Assembly (NCBI RefSeq): GCF_032191835.1
Contig: NC_083234.1
Coordinates: 53,134,001 to 53,198,000, forward strand
Source of the DNA: Heteronotia binoei
Lineage: Eukaryota
DNA: 64,000 nt
Direction: 5' to 3'
The notes beneath the pieces are model-generated. The model had not been told where the DNA came from, did not search any database, and saw nothing but the letters and a program-made list of their open reading frames with translations. A program made the position numbers and the translations under genes. This document shows, one piece after another, positions 25,027-36,775 of this stretch. Every line of letters begins with the position of its first letter. Within the stretch, counting starts at the first letter, position 1.

Positions 25027-25959
25027 TAATAAAGGTTTCACAACCACTAGTGATTGGCCGCAGAAACTTTATGGAATATTAATCAGCATGTCAATTACCA
25101 GCGATGTTAAGGCTGTGTATTTTCAACTATATAAATGTGTTCTTTTACAGTGGCTCTTTGTTGACCTCTTCCTCTGAATGTTGACATAATTTGACTCTTT
25201 AATTATAAAAAGCTGTCAACCCCTATCCTAGATGTATATTGTCAACATCACACCTACTCCCCTTCAGAATACAGCTTTTTATTTCCCAACTGCCATTATA
25301 GGTCTACTGATTTAAGAAGACGCCAGTCCCCTGACAAGTCCCAACCTGCAATGTTACACCCAGTACAACGAACACTGCGTGTCCTATGTACTTTAAAACC
25401 AGAAATAGCACAATAATACAGTCTGTCCAGGAACAAAGATGCATAGAGAAATGCAAGATCCAAAGCTTAAGAGCCACATGGCATACCACTACCTTCATGG
25501 AGACATATGTATCTGCCCTACAGAGTCAGACAATCGGTAAGTCTAGCTTAGTACTATACACGGACTAGCAAGCAGAGAACAGTCTTTTCCAACAACTGTC
25601 AATGGAGATCCTTTAATTGTATATGTAAAGAATGGAACCCAAGACCTTCTCCAATCATTCCTGGATCACAGAGTCAGTGTCCTGGAGACCTGTTTTAACA
25701 GGGCATTAGCTCTCCTTGAAAGTCCTTAATGTGCAAGTATGAGAAGCAGCCAAGGCCACCTAAATTCTACTTCTGTTGAGCTAATATACTGAATTAGACA
25801 GTGGAGGGATTCTACCTGTTATTTTGCAGCATAAAGAGATGACTGAAGAGCAGCCACAGCTAAATGGCAGAAAACGTGCTTTGCATGCAGAGGATTTTAT
25901 TTCAGCCTTTCACTGAATCCCCAAGATGGCATTTGACATCTTAAAAATCAAACTATCCC

Positions 25960-26460
25960 AAAGGGGGGAAAATGTCAAAAATAATTAAAATCAGAAGGTC
26001 CAACAACCCAGCAACAGTTGTTGCCAAAAGTTGCACATCAAATACGGCCCAAATAGCACACTCTTCAACTGTTGCCAGAAGAGAGACAACAGAAACACTT
26101 TTAAGGAAGGAACTCCCAACACTTGCCATTGCTGAAAAGGCTTTGTCACACGTGACCATCCAATGCACTTTAGATGGCAACAGCCTATACATCAGAACTT
26201 GAGAAGATTTTAAATTCCTAACAGATTTGTATGAGACACAGGAATTCTTACTGGATTCTGGACCTAAGTCATTTAGGGCTTTAACGGTCAAAAACAGGTC
26301 CTTGAATTGCACTAAAAAAAACAACTGGAAAGCAGCACAAGTATTGAAGTGTAGGTATGATGTGATCCATCCATTCATCCTGCAATCCAGCAACAGCATT
26401 TTGAGCCAGCTATGGATTCTGAACACACATGGAGTGCATGTCATATGCATGACAACATGA
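25960..26460 (-). mobile_element. Degraded L2 LINE 3' fragment
   Basis: ORF 25953-26465 contains FLVQFKDLFLTVKALNDLGP, an L2 C-terminal signature. Confidence 0.7.
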
Positions 26461-28618
26461 CGCAACTAGGCACTGGTCTTCTGAGAAAGGTTCAATTCTC
26501 AACTCCTTACCTGAGAGCATAAACAGCAGCTACCAGTCAGAGCAGCCACTCTGGTTTAGAAAGGTCAATATTTTATTCAGTACAATGCAAAGTCATATGT
26601 TTGTGTGCACCTAGAAGGCTACAGGATGTAGTATATATTTGAAGAGACACTGTGAACAGCTCTCTAAAGCACTGTCTCAGAATTGCAGTACTTGGTCAAT
26701 GCAAAACTCTAAACCATATGATTCTGAAAAGGTAAATAATTCCATCTGTTTCTGAATGATTAATCCTTAGGATAACACAATGTCTGTCCCATTACTATCA
26801 GAGGCGGTTAAAATCAGTGCAAGGAAAACATTATGATCCAGGTTCAATTCTGGTTTCACAAGTTCTACAGTGCACTGCGGGTTCCATGCTAGGGCAATCT
26901 ACTTCTCTCAGTTCAGCAAGTGACTTATTTCCATGGAAAAGGAACAGACAATTCATTCCAGGTAGGTGAAAAGACTGAGAAGAGGAAGAGAGTTTCAACA
27001 GGAAAATCCAAGCCAACTGAAGCCCACTCTACATCTTAGGCACACAGCTTCCACGGACCATTCAGAGGGTATTAAGACACAATACATGCTCTCAAATTAG
27101 CACAGCTAAGATTAGCGTGGGAAAAGGCTCATGGCAATTCACATCGTCCATACTGTATGTTGAAGCAGAACTAGTCCCACTTTTGAGTTCCAGATAAGGA
27201 AGGAAGGCAATTTTGTTTTGTAATTGCTGTGACCTAGAATTGTTTCTTAAAAGGCTGCTGGAGAATGAAGTCCAGCCAAGTTCCTACTTCTTTAATGGGG
27301 CATGGAACATATTTGGAAGGAGTCTGTTATTTGCAATGCAGCGTAGAAGTAAACTAAACCGAGAAACAGGAAACATCTGGAACTTGGTTACAGGAGCTGT
27401 TCTCTCTTTGCTCCATTCCAGGTTTATATCACGTTCAACGCTGTCACAATTCCTTACAGGTTGCTCCTTTCCAATGGTTGTCAGACAGTGTTTTATAACT
27501 AATCACCAAGGCTGCAAGTTTGAATTGATTAAGCATTGTCATCAACTGTTTAATCACAGTTTGAAAACAGGCCCAGCAAAAGGATCTTGCCACTTCTGCC
27601 CTCCTAATGGTTTTACTCGATCTCAAATCTCACCTTTCCTTAAACACACATCCTGTCATATGCTTTGTGCTATCCAGAGAGGCCCACCATTAAGATAGTT
27701 ACCAGCAGTAGAGTCTTGGCCATGTGGCTTTGATCAGGAACAGGGTAGGGGAGAGTTGCAGGGCTGTGGTGCCTGCTCCCAGTTAAAGGACATGTTTCCA
27801 TGAACTGCAATGGTGGGAAGAAAGCAGGTCCTCTTTCCTGCCAGGGCTGTCAAATGGTATCAGAATACCTCATAAAGATGGTAGGTTACCACTAAAACAG
27901 GGGCATTCTTAACTTCATAGACCATCTGGTTGTGCTGGTCAACTGATAAGGATTAACTACTTCGCCTCATTAACAAGTTCATAAACTGTACATCTGCATA
28001 ACACATTACCCCCTTTGTCTCACATATACAAAAAAACTCAAAGTTGTCAGACATATTTCTCACAGCAGAGTACCCTCAAACCAATGGATAAACCCCATTA
28101 CCTTATCCCCAAAGTTCCTCCCTAAGCCTGTCTAGTCCCTAAACTAGACATAGGATTTTCTGCTTTAGGAAGCGGTCATTTTGTAGGAAAATAGGTGGTG
28201 GAACTTATCCACGGATTGTTATGCAGCTGCACATACTATTCAATGGACAAGGAGGTGGAACTCTAAAGAGGAGGTGGAACTCTCAGAAAGGTTCAGGAGC
28301 TGTGCTCCTGTGAGCTCCCACTGAATCTGAGGCCTGGCTTTAGGAGAAAGAATTTGGAACTAGATTTTCACACTTGCACTGCCATTTGGATGACCATTTG
28401 TTGACATTCGTAAAGTTCAAGGAAGTTATCATGAAGAGTACAAGACTGATTTGACAGTGGGAGCAAGAAGGCTTCACTCCAAAGCCAATCCCATCAAATA
28501 ATGGCCTGTAAGTGGCTGATATTCTGAAGAGAGATTCTCTCTCCTTTCCCCATTTCCACAACAGTGCACTCCCACATCAGTGTAATTCAGGCTGGGTTAC
28601 AGGCTTGCCCTCTCTTAC

Positions 28619-28768
28619 CTTCAGTCCTGTTTTTTCATCATCGCTACCATTATTGGTGGATGGCGTTTCATCCCCTTGCCTAGAAATTAATACAAAATCT
28701 TCACTGTTAAGAGTGGATACCGAGTCTGAAGACACACTGATTTTCCCAACAGAGGCCTTGTCATCCAT
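28619..28768 (-). CDS. RABGAP1: RABGAP1 first coding exon (exon 2; whole exon 28619-28819 including 5'UTR)
   Basis: Translates MDDKASVGKISVSSDSVSTLNSEDFVLISRQGDETPSTNNGSDDEKTGLK, the recalled RABGAP1 N-terminus. Acceptor tttttcag at 28820-21, donor AAG|GTAAGA at 28618, start context gtcATGg. Confidence 0.96.
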
Positions 28769-29219
28769 GACTTAATAAAGAGGACGATCGGTTCATGGAT
28801 GGGCTTGGATTACAAACACCTGAAAAACAGAAACAGTAAAAATAAAAACACGTATTTTTACACCAAAGCTGCAGCCAGAAACTATTGACCATGAACTCTC
28901 CCAAGTTAATTGCTATAAAATGCAAGCAGTTTGAACTAGGGCAATGCATGCCTCCTGAAAATAGCCTTGCAGTTTAGGGACAAAATCCGCAAGTAGTTTT
29001 CTTGGAGACTTACCCTGAAAAAAGAATGATAGATCCCACATGCTAAAACGGTGTCTTAACAGTTCTGACACATGGCAATTGCACTTTCTTCACAGAAGGC
29101 AGACTTCATAGAACTGTATTTAGCCTAGTCTTAACTGGCTAACCTTTAGAGCCTAGAAGGCATTTGGTGTTGCAGACATGGCATGGGCTAGCCTGCCTCA
29201 CTATTTAACATCTAATGGT

Positions 29220-29492
29220 AGAGAGCCAGTTTGATGTAGTGGTTAAGTGTGCGAACTCTTATCTGGGAGAACCAGGTTTGAGTCCCCACTCCTCCACTTG
29301 CACCTGCTGGAATGGCCTTGGGTCAGCCATAGCTCTGGCAGAGGTTGTCCTTAAAAGGGCAGCTGCTGTGAGAGTCCTCTCAGCCCCACCCACATCACAG
29401 GGTGTCTGTTGTGGGGGAGGAAGATAAAGGAGCCTGAGCCGCTCTGAGACTCTTGAGTGGAAGGCAGAATATAAATCCAATGTAGTCTTCTT
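29220..29492 (+). mobile_element. Full-length Squam3-like SINE
   Basis: gagagccagtttgatgtagtggttaagtgtgcgaactc...ataaatccaatgtagtcttctt. Confidence 0.88.
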
Positions 29493-31024
29493 AAGTGCAC
29501 TACACTACTACAGTCCTGTTCTGAGTGGACCCTGAACAAAACAATCTGCAAGGTCCTTCCTCTGCTAGGATTATAGCACCAAAACTAAGACACATTCAGT
29601 CATTCCTATTTTACCTTCTCAGAGCAGCTTTAATGAACTACATGCCCCAGTTGCCTCTGTTACTTTGGATGCAGTCCTAAAAAAGAAATAATAACCATTC
29701 TAAGCCAAAAGAAAGTGAATTTGTTCGTTAGTAGGCAGCTACTTTCTGACTCCTTCAGACATCTACCAATTTAGTCAAGAATTCAGAGGTGGGAGAAGAA
29801 AAGCATGCAGAAATGAAAAAGAAAGTTGAATGGACTGGCAAGAGAACAACACTCCTCAATTCCTGAGCAGCACAGAACCTCCACCATTCCTCTCAAGTAG
29901 ACAGGGACCTATATTCAAGGGCCCGCTTTGGATAGATGATTCTTGCTCTTAAAAGGACTCACTCGTTTTGCCTTGGCTTCCTCTATTTAGTACCATAACT
30001 CTTGGTTTTATCATTCAGGAAGAAGTGGCCAGCCTTCACTCTGCAGTTACTTCTAGGACCTTGAAATTTGGTGCACAGTTAGTATCTAAGGCACTCTGAC
30101 TTCCTTAGAACTATGAAAATTGAACTTTATATGCACCCTCAAATGGGGAGAGGGGCTCACGTACCATTCCAAATAGTTAAGTTATGTTCAGAAGATCCAG
30201 AAAGATGAAGTTTAGCACAGACACAGTATAAGACTATGAGCCTGGGGAATGCCATGGCTCAGTCCCAGGCCAATTTTCTCTCCATTTTTCTCTGGAAGCA
30301 GGTGTTAAAAACCTTTCTCAGTCTGAAAACCTGCAGAGTTGCTACAAGGCAGAGGAGAAAACAATATTACCACCTTTCTTAAAATCAAGGGAGCTTATTA
30401 CTGATTAAAAATGATTCACAGCATGTTAAAGTCAGTTAAGGTGTTTCTAGACCACCAAGAAAGTTGAAATCTAGGGTATGTGTTCCAAGACAAGACAGTT
30501 AACAGAGCTGTCTGGAAAGGAGGCATTTTAACATCTAATGGACAAAACATGGAACATAAAGTTTAATTTACATTAGCAGCTTTCATTACAGTGTAGAACA
30601 AGCAATGACATATCCAGAATGGAATGCTGAGTCCTCAGAGATCCTTTGCCAGATGGATCAGAATGGTATGAAGAGCTCTGCTAGTAGCCAGGAATATGCA
30701 CCCATGCTTGCAGAATGGGAGGCTTCATTTACCCATGCCTATTACACGTGAATACACAAACCCTGCATCAAGAGTATAGCTCAGCAAGCTGAATATACTA
30801 TGATTTATTCTTCTCCTTCCAATCATGGGGAGGGTTCAGGAACTATACAGAACACTTACTCTTCCCTCCACCAGTTATCAGTTCTTCACTTCCAGCAAAT
30901 ATAAACCAAGTTAAACTAACAAGTTGCATCTCAAGATAATTTCTGAGGCCTTAGTTCAAGGTTAGGCCAACTACTTTCAAATCCATGCCTCTTTGTTCTG
31001 TATCATTCTTTTAAATGTGTAGTC

Positions 31025-31250
31025 TTAAGAAGAGGAAGAAGACGACTGCAGATTTATACCCTGCCTTTCTCTCTGAATCAGAGACTCAGAGTGGCTTACA
31101 CTCTCCTATATCTTCTCCCCCCACAACAGACACTCTGTGAGGTGGGTGGGGCTGGAAGGGCTCTCACAGCAGCTGCCCTTCCAAGTACAACCTCTGTGAG
31201 AGCTATGGTTGACCCAAGGCTATTCCAGCAGCTGCAAGTGGAGGAGTGGG
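31025..31250 (-). mobile_element. Squam3-like SINE lacking its head
   Basis: (gaa)n tail at 31030-45 plus body; ends at gcaagtggaggagtggg. Confidence 0.8.
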
Positions 31251-33244
31251 AAAGTATGAGAGGAAAAAATTCTTCCCTGCCTTGTTCCACGATCATTTTA
31301 AAATCACACAAATTACACAGCAAGGCAATAAATATGCTGGAGATCTAGGATTCCTGCAGTGCATTTGCAAACACAAACAGGTGCAGTCAAATTATTTTTA
31401 AACTCCTTTAAAGCTTAAAATTCCACCCAACCCATATGGAGACCACAAGGTACCAGCTGGTTCATAGTAAACCGTGACCAGGGAGAAGCAGTCAGACAAG
31501 TATATGAGGCCACACCCTTACCAAATGCCCTTTGCTTTTCAGGTTTTCTATTTCCCACATTAGATTGTCTAATTTCAGCAATTAGGGGAGTAAAAATCAA
31601 ATACTTTAGTACTGGCTTTGAGATCTAGTGATAGCCTTCATTCCATATCAGAAGGCGTCACAACGCTCCTTTCCCCATGTGAGTTTCCATGCCATAAAAT
31701 CAAGATCAGAAACCCTGACTTTGGGCAAGCAACACTGAGCTGACCTTGGACAAACTTCTGTCTTAGCAGGGAGTCACAGCATCTTTTTTGATGGATAGTA
31801 GGACTCTAGAGAAAAGTGCATGATCTGGCTGAGTTGCCTCTCAGATCAGTTTACTGAGCTGATACAAAAAACATTCAGCTCTGGGGACAAGCCAGCTCTA
31901 AGTGCAAATGTTGACACAGCTATCTGCAACATCTTTGGCTTCCACATTATAAATTCACTGCTTCACCAGCACAATGACAAGGCCTGATCCTGCACAGCAT
32001 TCCACCTCAAATGTAAATTAAAGCAGCACATGAGTAACAGCAAGAATTTTTGTCTGAGGCAACAAGAACCAGAGCGTGCCTTGCAGAAACAATTTTCAAT
32101 CCACCTTTCTAATCAGTTCATGTTTGTTTTTTTACAATTGCCCAATCACTTCGGCAATCACACAAACATTTCTTGCAGGACAAGAAAGAGGATCTACTCT
32201 CAGGTCAAGGAGCCATAAAAAACAGATTGGTGTTTAAAATGGCATGCAGAACCTTTGCAAGTCACTTTGAAAGAGGAAATGACAAGCTCCAATGCCTCAG
32301 GAGAGAAAATAAAATCACTCAACAAACAAAAGGAAACTGAACACACACTTTGGCACTCAGACTAATGTAGCTGCTTAATGATTATTGATCCACTGGCTAC
32401 CAGAAGCCTCTTTTTCAAATATGAAACATATTGCTCAGAAACAAGTGACCAGGAAACCCAGATGGTCTCAAGAGTGTCATGAACTACACAGAAGAAAGCA
32501 GCAACACCCCCCCCCCATTTTAAAACTCTCTTAAATGCATGCTTGAAGTACTGATATAAAGAAAAGCTGAAAATCCACTGCAGACAGAACCAAAACTATG
32601 CATTCAAATAACTTAGGAAAATTATTACAGAGAAGGTGGAGGAAGGGGAAACTGCAGATTGGGGGGGAGGGTTAAGGGGGTGGAGACAATATGGACTGTT
32701 GAAGGAAATCAGGACTTGCAAAAAATGACAATAGGTGTGCAGATATACAATCATCAGTAGTTGGAAACAAAAAACTGTTGGGGCTGTTCACACATTAGAT
32801 TCACACTACTAATAACAAGCTGTAAAACCTGGAAAATTCAGGGTTCTAAAAGGACTGTGGATCTGGATTTAACTAAAAGATCACAGAATCATATCACAGA
32901 GTCACAGAGTTGGAAGGGACTTCCAGGGTCATCTAGTCCAACCCCAAGTCACTGGTATTATTACCTACTAGTTCCTCAAATGACTAGTACCCAGCCAAGC
33001 CCAACTCCAGAGTTGGGCCTGGGACATAAAAGCAGGAAGGTCCTTTAGAGGAGGAAGACACTTTCCATTCGCAAATCCTACAACTGGGGACTCAAACTAC
33101 AAATATTTTGAATGTCTGTTTCAAAACATTAATGTAAGAGTTTTATTTAAGACACTACTAAAAAGCTGTCCAGGTCTGGACAGAAATATTCTCCAGATAC
33201 CAATTACTTTTCTGTACAGTTAACAAGCCATCAAATTCTGGAAG

Positions 33245-33520
33245 AATTCCTTATTCATTTGCTGAATTTTAGAAAACCACCACTACAAAGAAAAAGAAAG
33301 CCTTTAAGGTTTTTCAAGCAGGTGAAAATAATATACAAGCATGATGGGGCCACAGCTGAGAAAGTCATTGTATAACATGTTGAAATATCAGACACTAAAA
33401 TTCCTTATTTATTTGCTGAATTTTAGAGAACCACCACTATGAAGAAAAGTCAAGCCTTTAAGATTTTTCAAGCAATGAAAATAACACAAGCACAATGGGG
33501 TCACAGCTGAAAAATCAGTT
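33245..33520 (+). repeat. Tandem duplication, period ~154 bp
   Basis: aattccttatt(c/t)atttgctgaattttaga(a/g)aaccaccacta... occurs at 33245 and 33399. Confidence 0.9.
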
Positions 33521-33825
33521 TTAATGGGACAGATTTAAAGCCTGGGAAGTCAGTGGGATTCGGTCAGGCAGTAACTGTGATTAACCTATTACTCTGTACA
33601 TATCAGCCATATAACCTACTACTTTGTACATATCATGGGACCAAATGAGGTAGCCAGTCACTCTGCCTAGCACCCAAGCTACATCCAGCACACATTGCCC
33701 CTTATCAAAGAAGACTGAGACCTGATAATTACCTACCAAGCCAGCATAACAAATACTAAGTATGGAAACACTCTTCTTGCATACATCAGTTAAACACATT
33801 TGGTTCTGTTTCTCTCTATACTTAG

Positions 33826-33935
33826 GAAAGTGTAGATGACTGGGGAAAGCAATGGCAAACTGCCCCGTAAAAAGTCTGCCGTGAAAACGTTGTGAGAGCA
33901 ACATTACCCCAGAGTCTAAAACAACTGGCGCTTGC
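33826..33935 (+). mobile_element. Sauria SINE 3' fragment
   Basis: gaaagtgtagatgactggggaaagcaatggcaaac...acaactggcgcttgc. Confidence 0.8.
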
Positions 33936-34798
33936 TTATTCAATAAAACATAACAAATATACAAGCAACTTCACTTAAAACAAAATACTTTCTTCACAGT
34001 ATCCCTGTTGCTTGGGGCAGAAAATGTTTTTAGTCACAGCTTAATTCTGGCCAAACCGCTATTGGTCTGAAACAGAATCTCAGAACAGTTTACCCTGCCC
34101 CTGACACTACCCCTCCCTGCCCTTAGCACAGCTAACGCAATCACACATCCAGTTGCACACGGTGGCTCCTAGCATATACAAACTCAGTCCCTAGGCTTCT
34201 CCAGTTTCACTCATAAAGCTCTGACTCCAAAATTGCTACGAATCTTCAGCAGTAAGCTGTATTTCAACAAACATCTTCAAGCAACTGATGCGTTTCCTCC
34301 AACTTCATAAGCGATCAGCCTACAAAATAATTTGCAGAAGCTACAAAGGGTTCATTGCATGAGCCTCACTATCATCAGGGTGCTAACTCCCTGGAAGAGA
34401 GTAACCCACGACAGTCTACAAATAGATTGTATTGACTTGTCTCCATAGCTCTCCCCAGTCTGGGGTGTGGTGAGGTGGAGTGGGGGGGGGGGCAAAAATA
34501 GGATACAGTCACCTACAGCCTCTGCAGATGGTAACACCTACATACCAGACGGGTAGCTATCACATGACCAGCTGCCACTCCACAATCAGGGCCTACCTTA
34601 CCAGGTTGTTGTAAGGTCTACCACAAGAGAGTGCGTTTGGAGCCCTGACAACGCTTTGGAAGGCTAAACATTACGAACCATACCCACCCCTCGAAGGCCA
34701 ATTCCAGCTCTCCCCCATTCCCTCTTGGGGCTGCATCTTCTCTCCCGCAAGGCCAGCTCTATGCACAAACAGGGATCGAGCGAAACATCGCTCCTTAC

Positions 34799-34900
34799 CT
34801 TCTCTTTCCCCTTCGGAGCAGCAGCCGCCACGGCGCCGCTGCCGGGCCTCAGTCGGGGCCAACCCCACGCCCAGCCCCCTCCTTGTCACGTGACCGCACT
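34799..34900 (-). other. RABGAP1: Candidate non-coding first exon (1b) of RABGAP1; 5' end approximate
   Basis: Donor AAG|GTAAGG at 34798 inside the CpG island, upstream of exon 2 on the same strand. Confidence 0.6.
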
Positions 34901-34963
34901 CCGCCGGAAAGGAGGACTAGCTGCTTCCGAGGTCGTGAGGAAAACGTCACTTCCATCCTTTAC

Positions 34964-35010
34964 CTTAGCAACCCATTTCGCCGTGACGACAGGAGAAAAG
35001 AGCCGCTTCT
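34964..35010 (-). other. RABGAP1: Candidate non-coding first exon (1a) of RABGAP1; 5' end approximate
   Basis: Donor AAG|GTAAAG at 34963 next to the ETS motif of the CpG island. Confidence 0.5.
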
Positions 35011-35024
35011 GGCACCGGAAGTTC

Positions 35025-35086
35025 CCCCTCCCCCGGGCCGGCCCCGGAGCTGCACCGCCTGGGGGAGGTGGGGTGACGGAGCTGAG
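35025..35086 (+). other. ZBTB26: Candidate non-coding first exon of ZBTB26; 5' end approximate
   Basis: Donor GAG|GTGAGA at 35087; matching acceptor tcttctccctttctctgtag at 36749-50, 25 nt before the start codon. Confidence 0.65.
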
Positions 35087-36775
35087 GTGAGACGGACGGG
35101 GGGAATGGCCTCTGGAACTGGCGCGCGGGGATTGCGGCGGCAAAACGCGCCCGGTGGAGGATGGAGAAGGGGGGAGGGGTGCCGGCTCAAAAAGGCACGT
35201 TGTAGAGGAACTCGGCTGTGCCCTTTTGCCGAGACAACAAAGAGGTTCGCGGCATCTCAAAGGCTGGACAGATTTACTTCAGCAGAACCTGTTTTGTCAG
35301 ACGCCTGCGTGAATTTGCGTTATAACTTCGCAGCCTGTGGGGGCTCCTGTCGCAAATAAATCCAACATGTGAGCCTTTCAGATGCCGCGAGACTCCTTGT
35401 CAATTTCAGCCAGAAAAAAAATATTGTTCGGGCCGCTGCAGAAATCCCCGGGAGGGGGGCGACTTTAGAAGATGCTCAAGAGCAAGTACAGAGCATGAAG
35501 CGTTCAGGTAGCAGGTATCTAGCAAGAAAGATCTTTATCTGCTTGGAACCCCGGAGAGCCCCCGTCAATCGAAGGAAGAAGGACCAATGGACTAACTTGG
35601 TATATATGACAACCTCATGTATAGTTTTGTGGTTCCCCAGGTTTTCAGCCCCCTGCATCTAAAGTAATAAGCAGTTAGGAAAGGCCTGTCTGTACCAGAA
35701 GTGATGGACCAGTGTAAGTACTGAGCTAGATGGGCCAACAGTATGGTAACATAGCTGGATGTGTTCATTTATTCATTATGTTGTCATACAAGTGGGAAGT
35801 CCCACATTTTTAAAAAATAGTGCATAAATAAATCGTCATCATTGATAAAAAACACACACACTCAAGAACACAGGCTTATTATGAACCATAGGTACTAAAT
35901 AGTAATAGTCTACCTCTGAGTACCACTTGATTTGGGAGATCACTTGATTCTAGGACATGCCCCCTCTCTTCCTCCCACCCTTTTGGTGTCTAGTTGCAGT
36001 TGGCTCTTTTGCATCATAGTTTGTTTTCTAACAACAGCCAACTGAATGCTTTCTGAGAAGTTTGCAACCAGGGCATGAATTTAATGAGTTTCCCATTTTG
36101 TTCGGCGCTGGCATCTAGTTTGTTGACTCTTGTTTCTACTTCACAAAACATTCCAGTATTTTTAATTGTCTAGGCATCTGCCCAGCACCATGAATTACAG
36201 CCATGAGTTCCATAAGTGTGATAAGTAACTTCCATAAGTGAGTTCCATGCTTTCTGGAAGTGCTGATGTGCAGTAACTGCTAAGAACCTAAGATCAGAAG
36301 TCTGCAATTCAATTCTCATATTTGCCAGCTTACTAGGAAGCCTTAGGCAAACTGCTGTCTCTCAGCATCACTGCCCTCTATGTACTCTAGCAGAGAATAT
36401 TAGCTTTCACTTGCTGGATGGCTGCAAGAATTACTGAAGTAAATTATCTAAATGCTAAGAAAATGCTAGCTGCTATTATTACGTTTATTTCTTTAAAGCT
36501 GTTTGTTCCCAGTTTGCATTGCATGTCCTCTTCATTTGTTCAGTCAGTGAGATCCAGCTGGGTTCAAGCAAACTGAAAGAGAAAAAAACTAAGAATTATA
36601 ATTATTTTCAGATAGAACAAAAAAGGGCAAGAACTGCAGAAGACTTTTTGTGGATTTATATATGGGAGATTTATTTTCTAGTCTAAAGCTTCTTGTTTGA
36701 ATTTGGTGAAATCCTTCTGGTTATATAATGTCTTCTCCCTTTCTCTGTAGACAGACAGCCTTCAAGTTTGTCAAA

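Larger units (their letters stand above)
34670..35330. promoter_or_regulatory. CpG island / bidirectional promoter of RABGAP1 (-) and ZBTB26 (+)
   Basis: High GC and CpG density. GTCACGTGAC E-box 34885-94, ACGTCACTTCC ETS/CRE-half composite 34944-54, CCGGAAGT ETS 35015-22, and splice donors pointing away in both directions. Confidence 0.9.

Noticed and set aside
27213-27698. 161-aa ORF antisense to RABGAP1 intron 2
   Set aside because: No domain similarity, TTG start, no splice or poly(A) support.
34671-35662. Several 60-158 aa ORFs over the first CpG island
   Set aside because: Expected from GC-rich, stop-poor sequence; no recognisable domain, and they overlap on both strands.
36728-36775. 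N-terminal extension MSSPFLCRQTAFKFVK of the ZBTB26 ORF
   Set aside because: The upstream ATG lies in the intron pyrimidine tract before the acceptor at 36749-50; homology starts at MTERPD.
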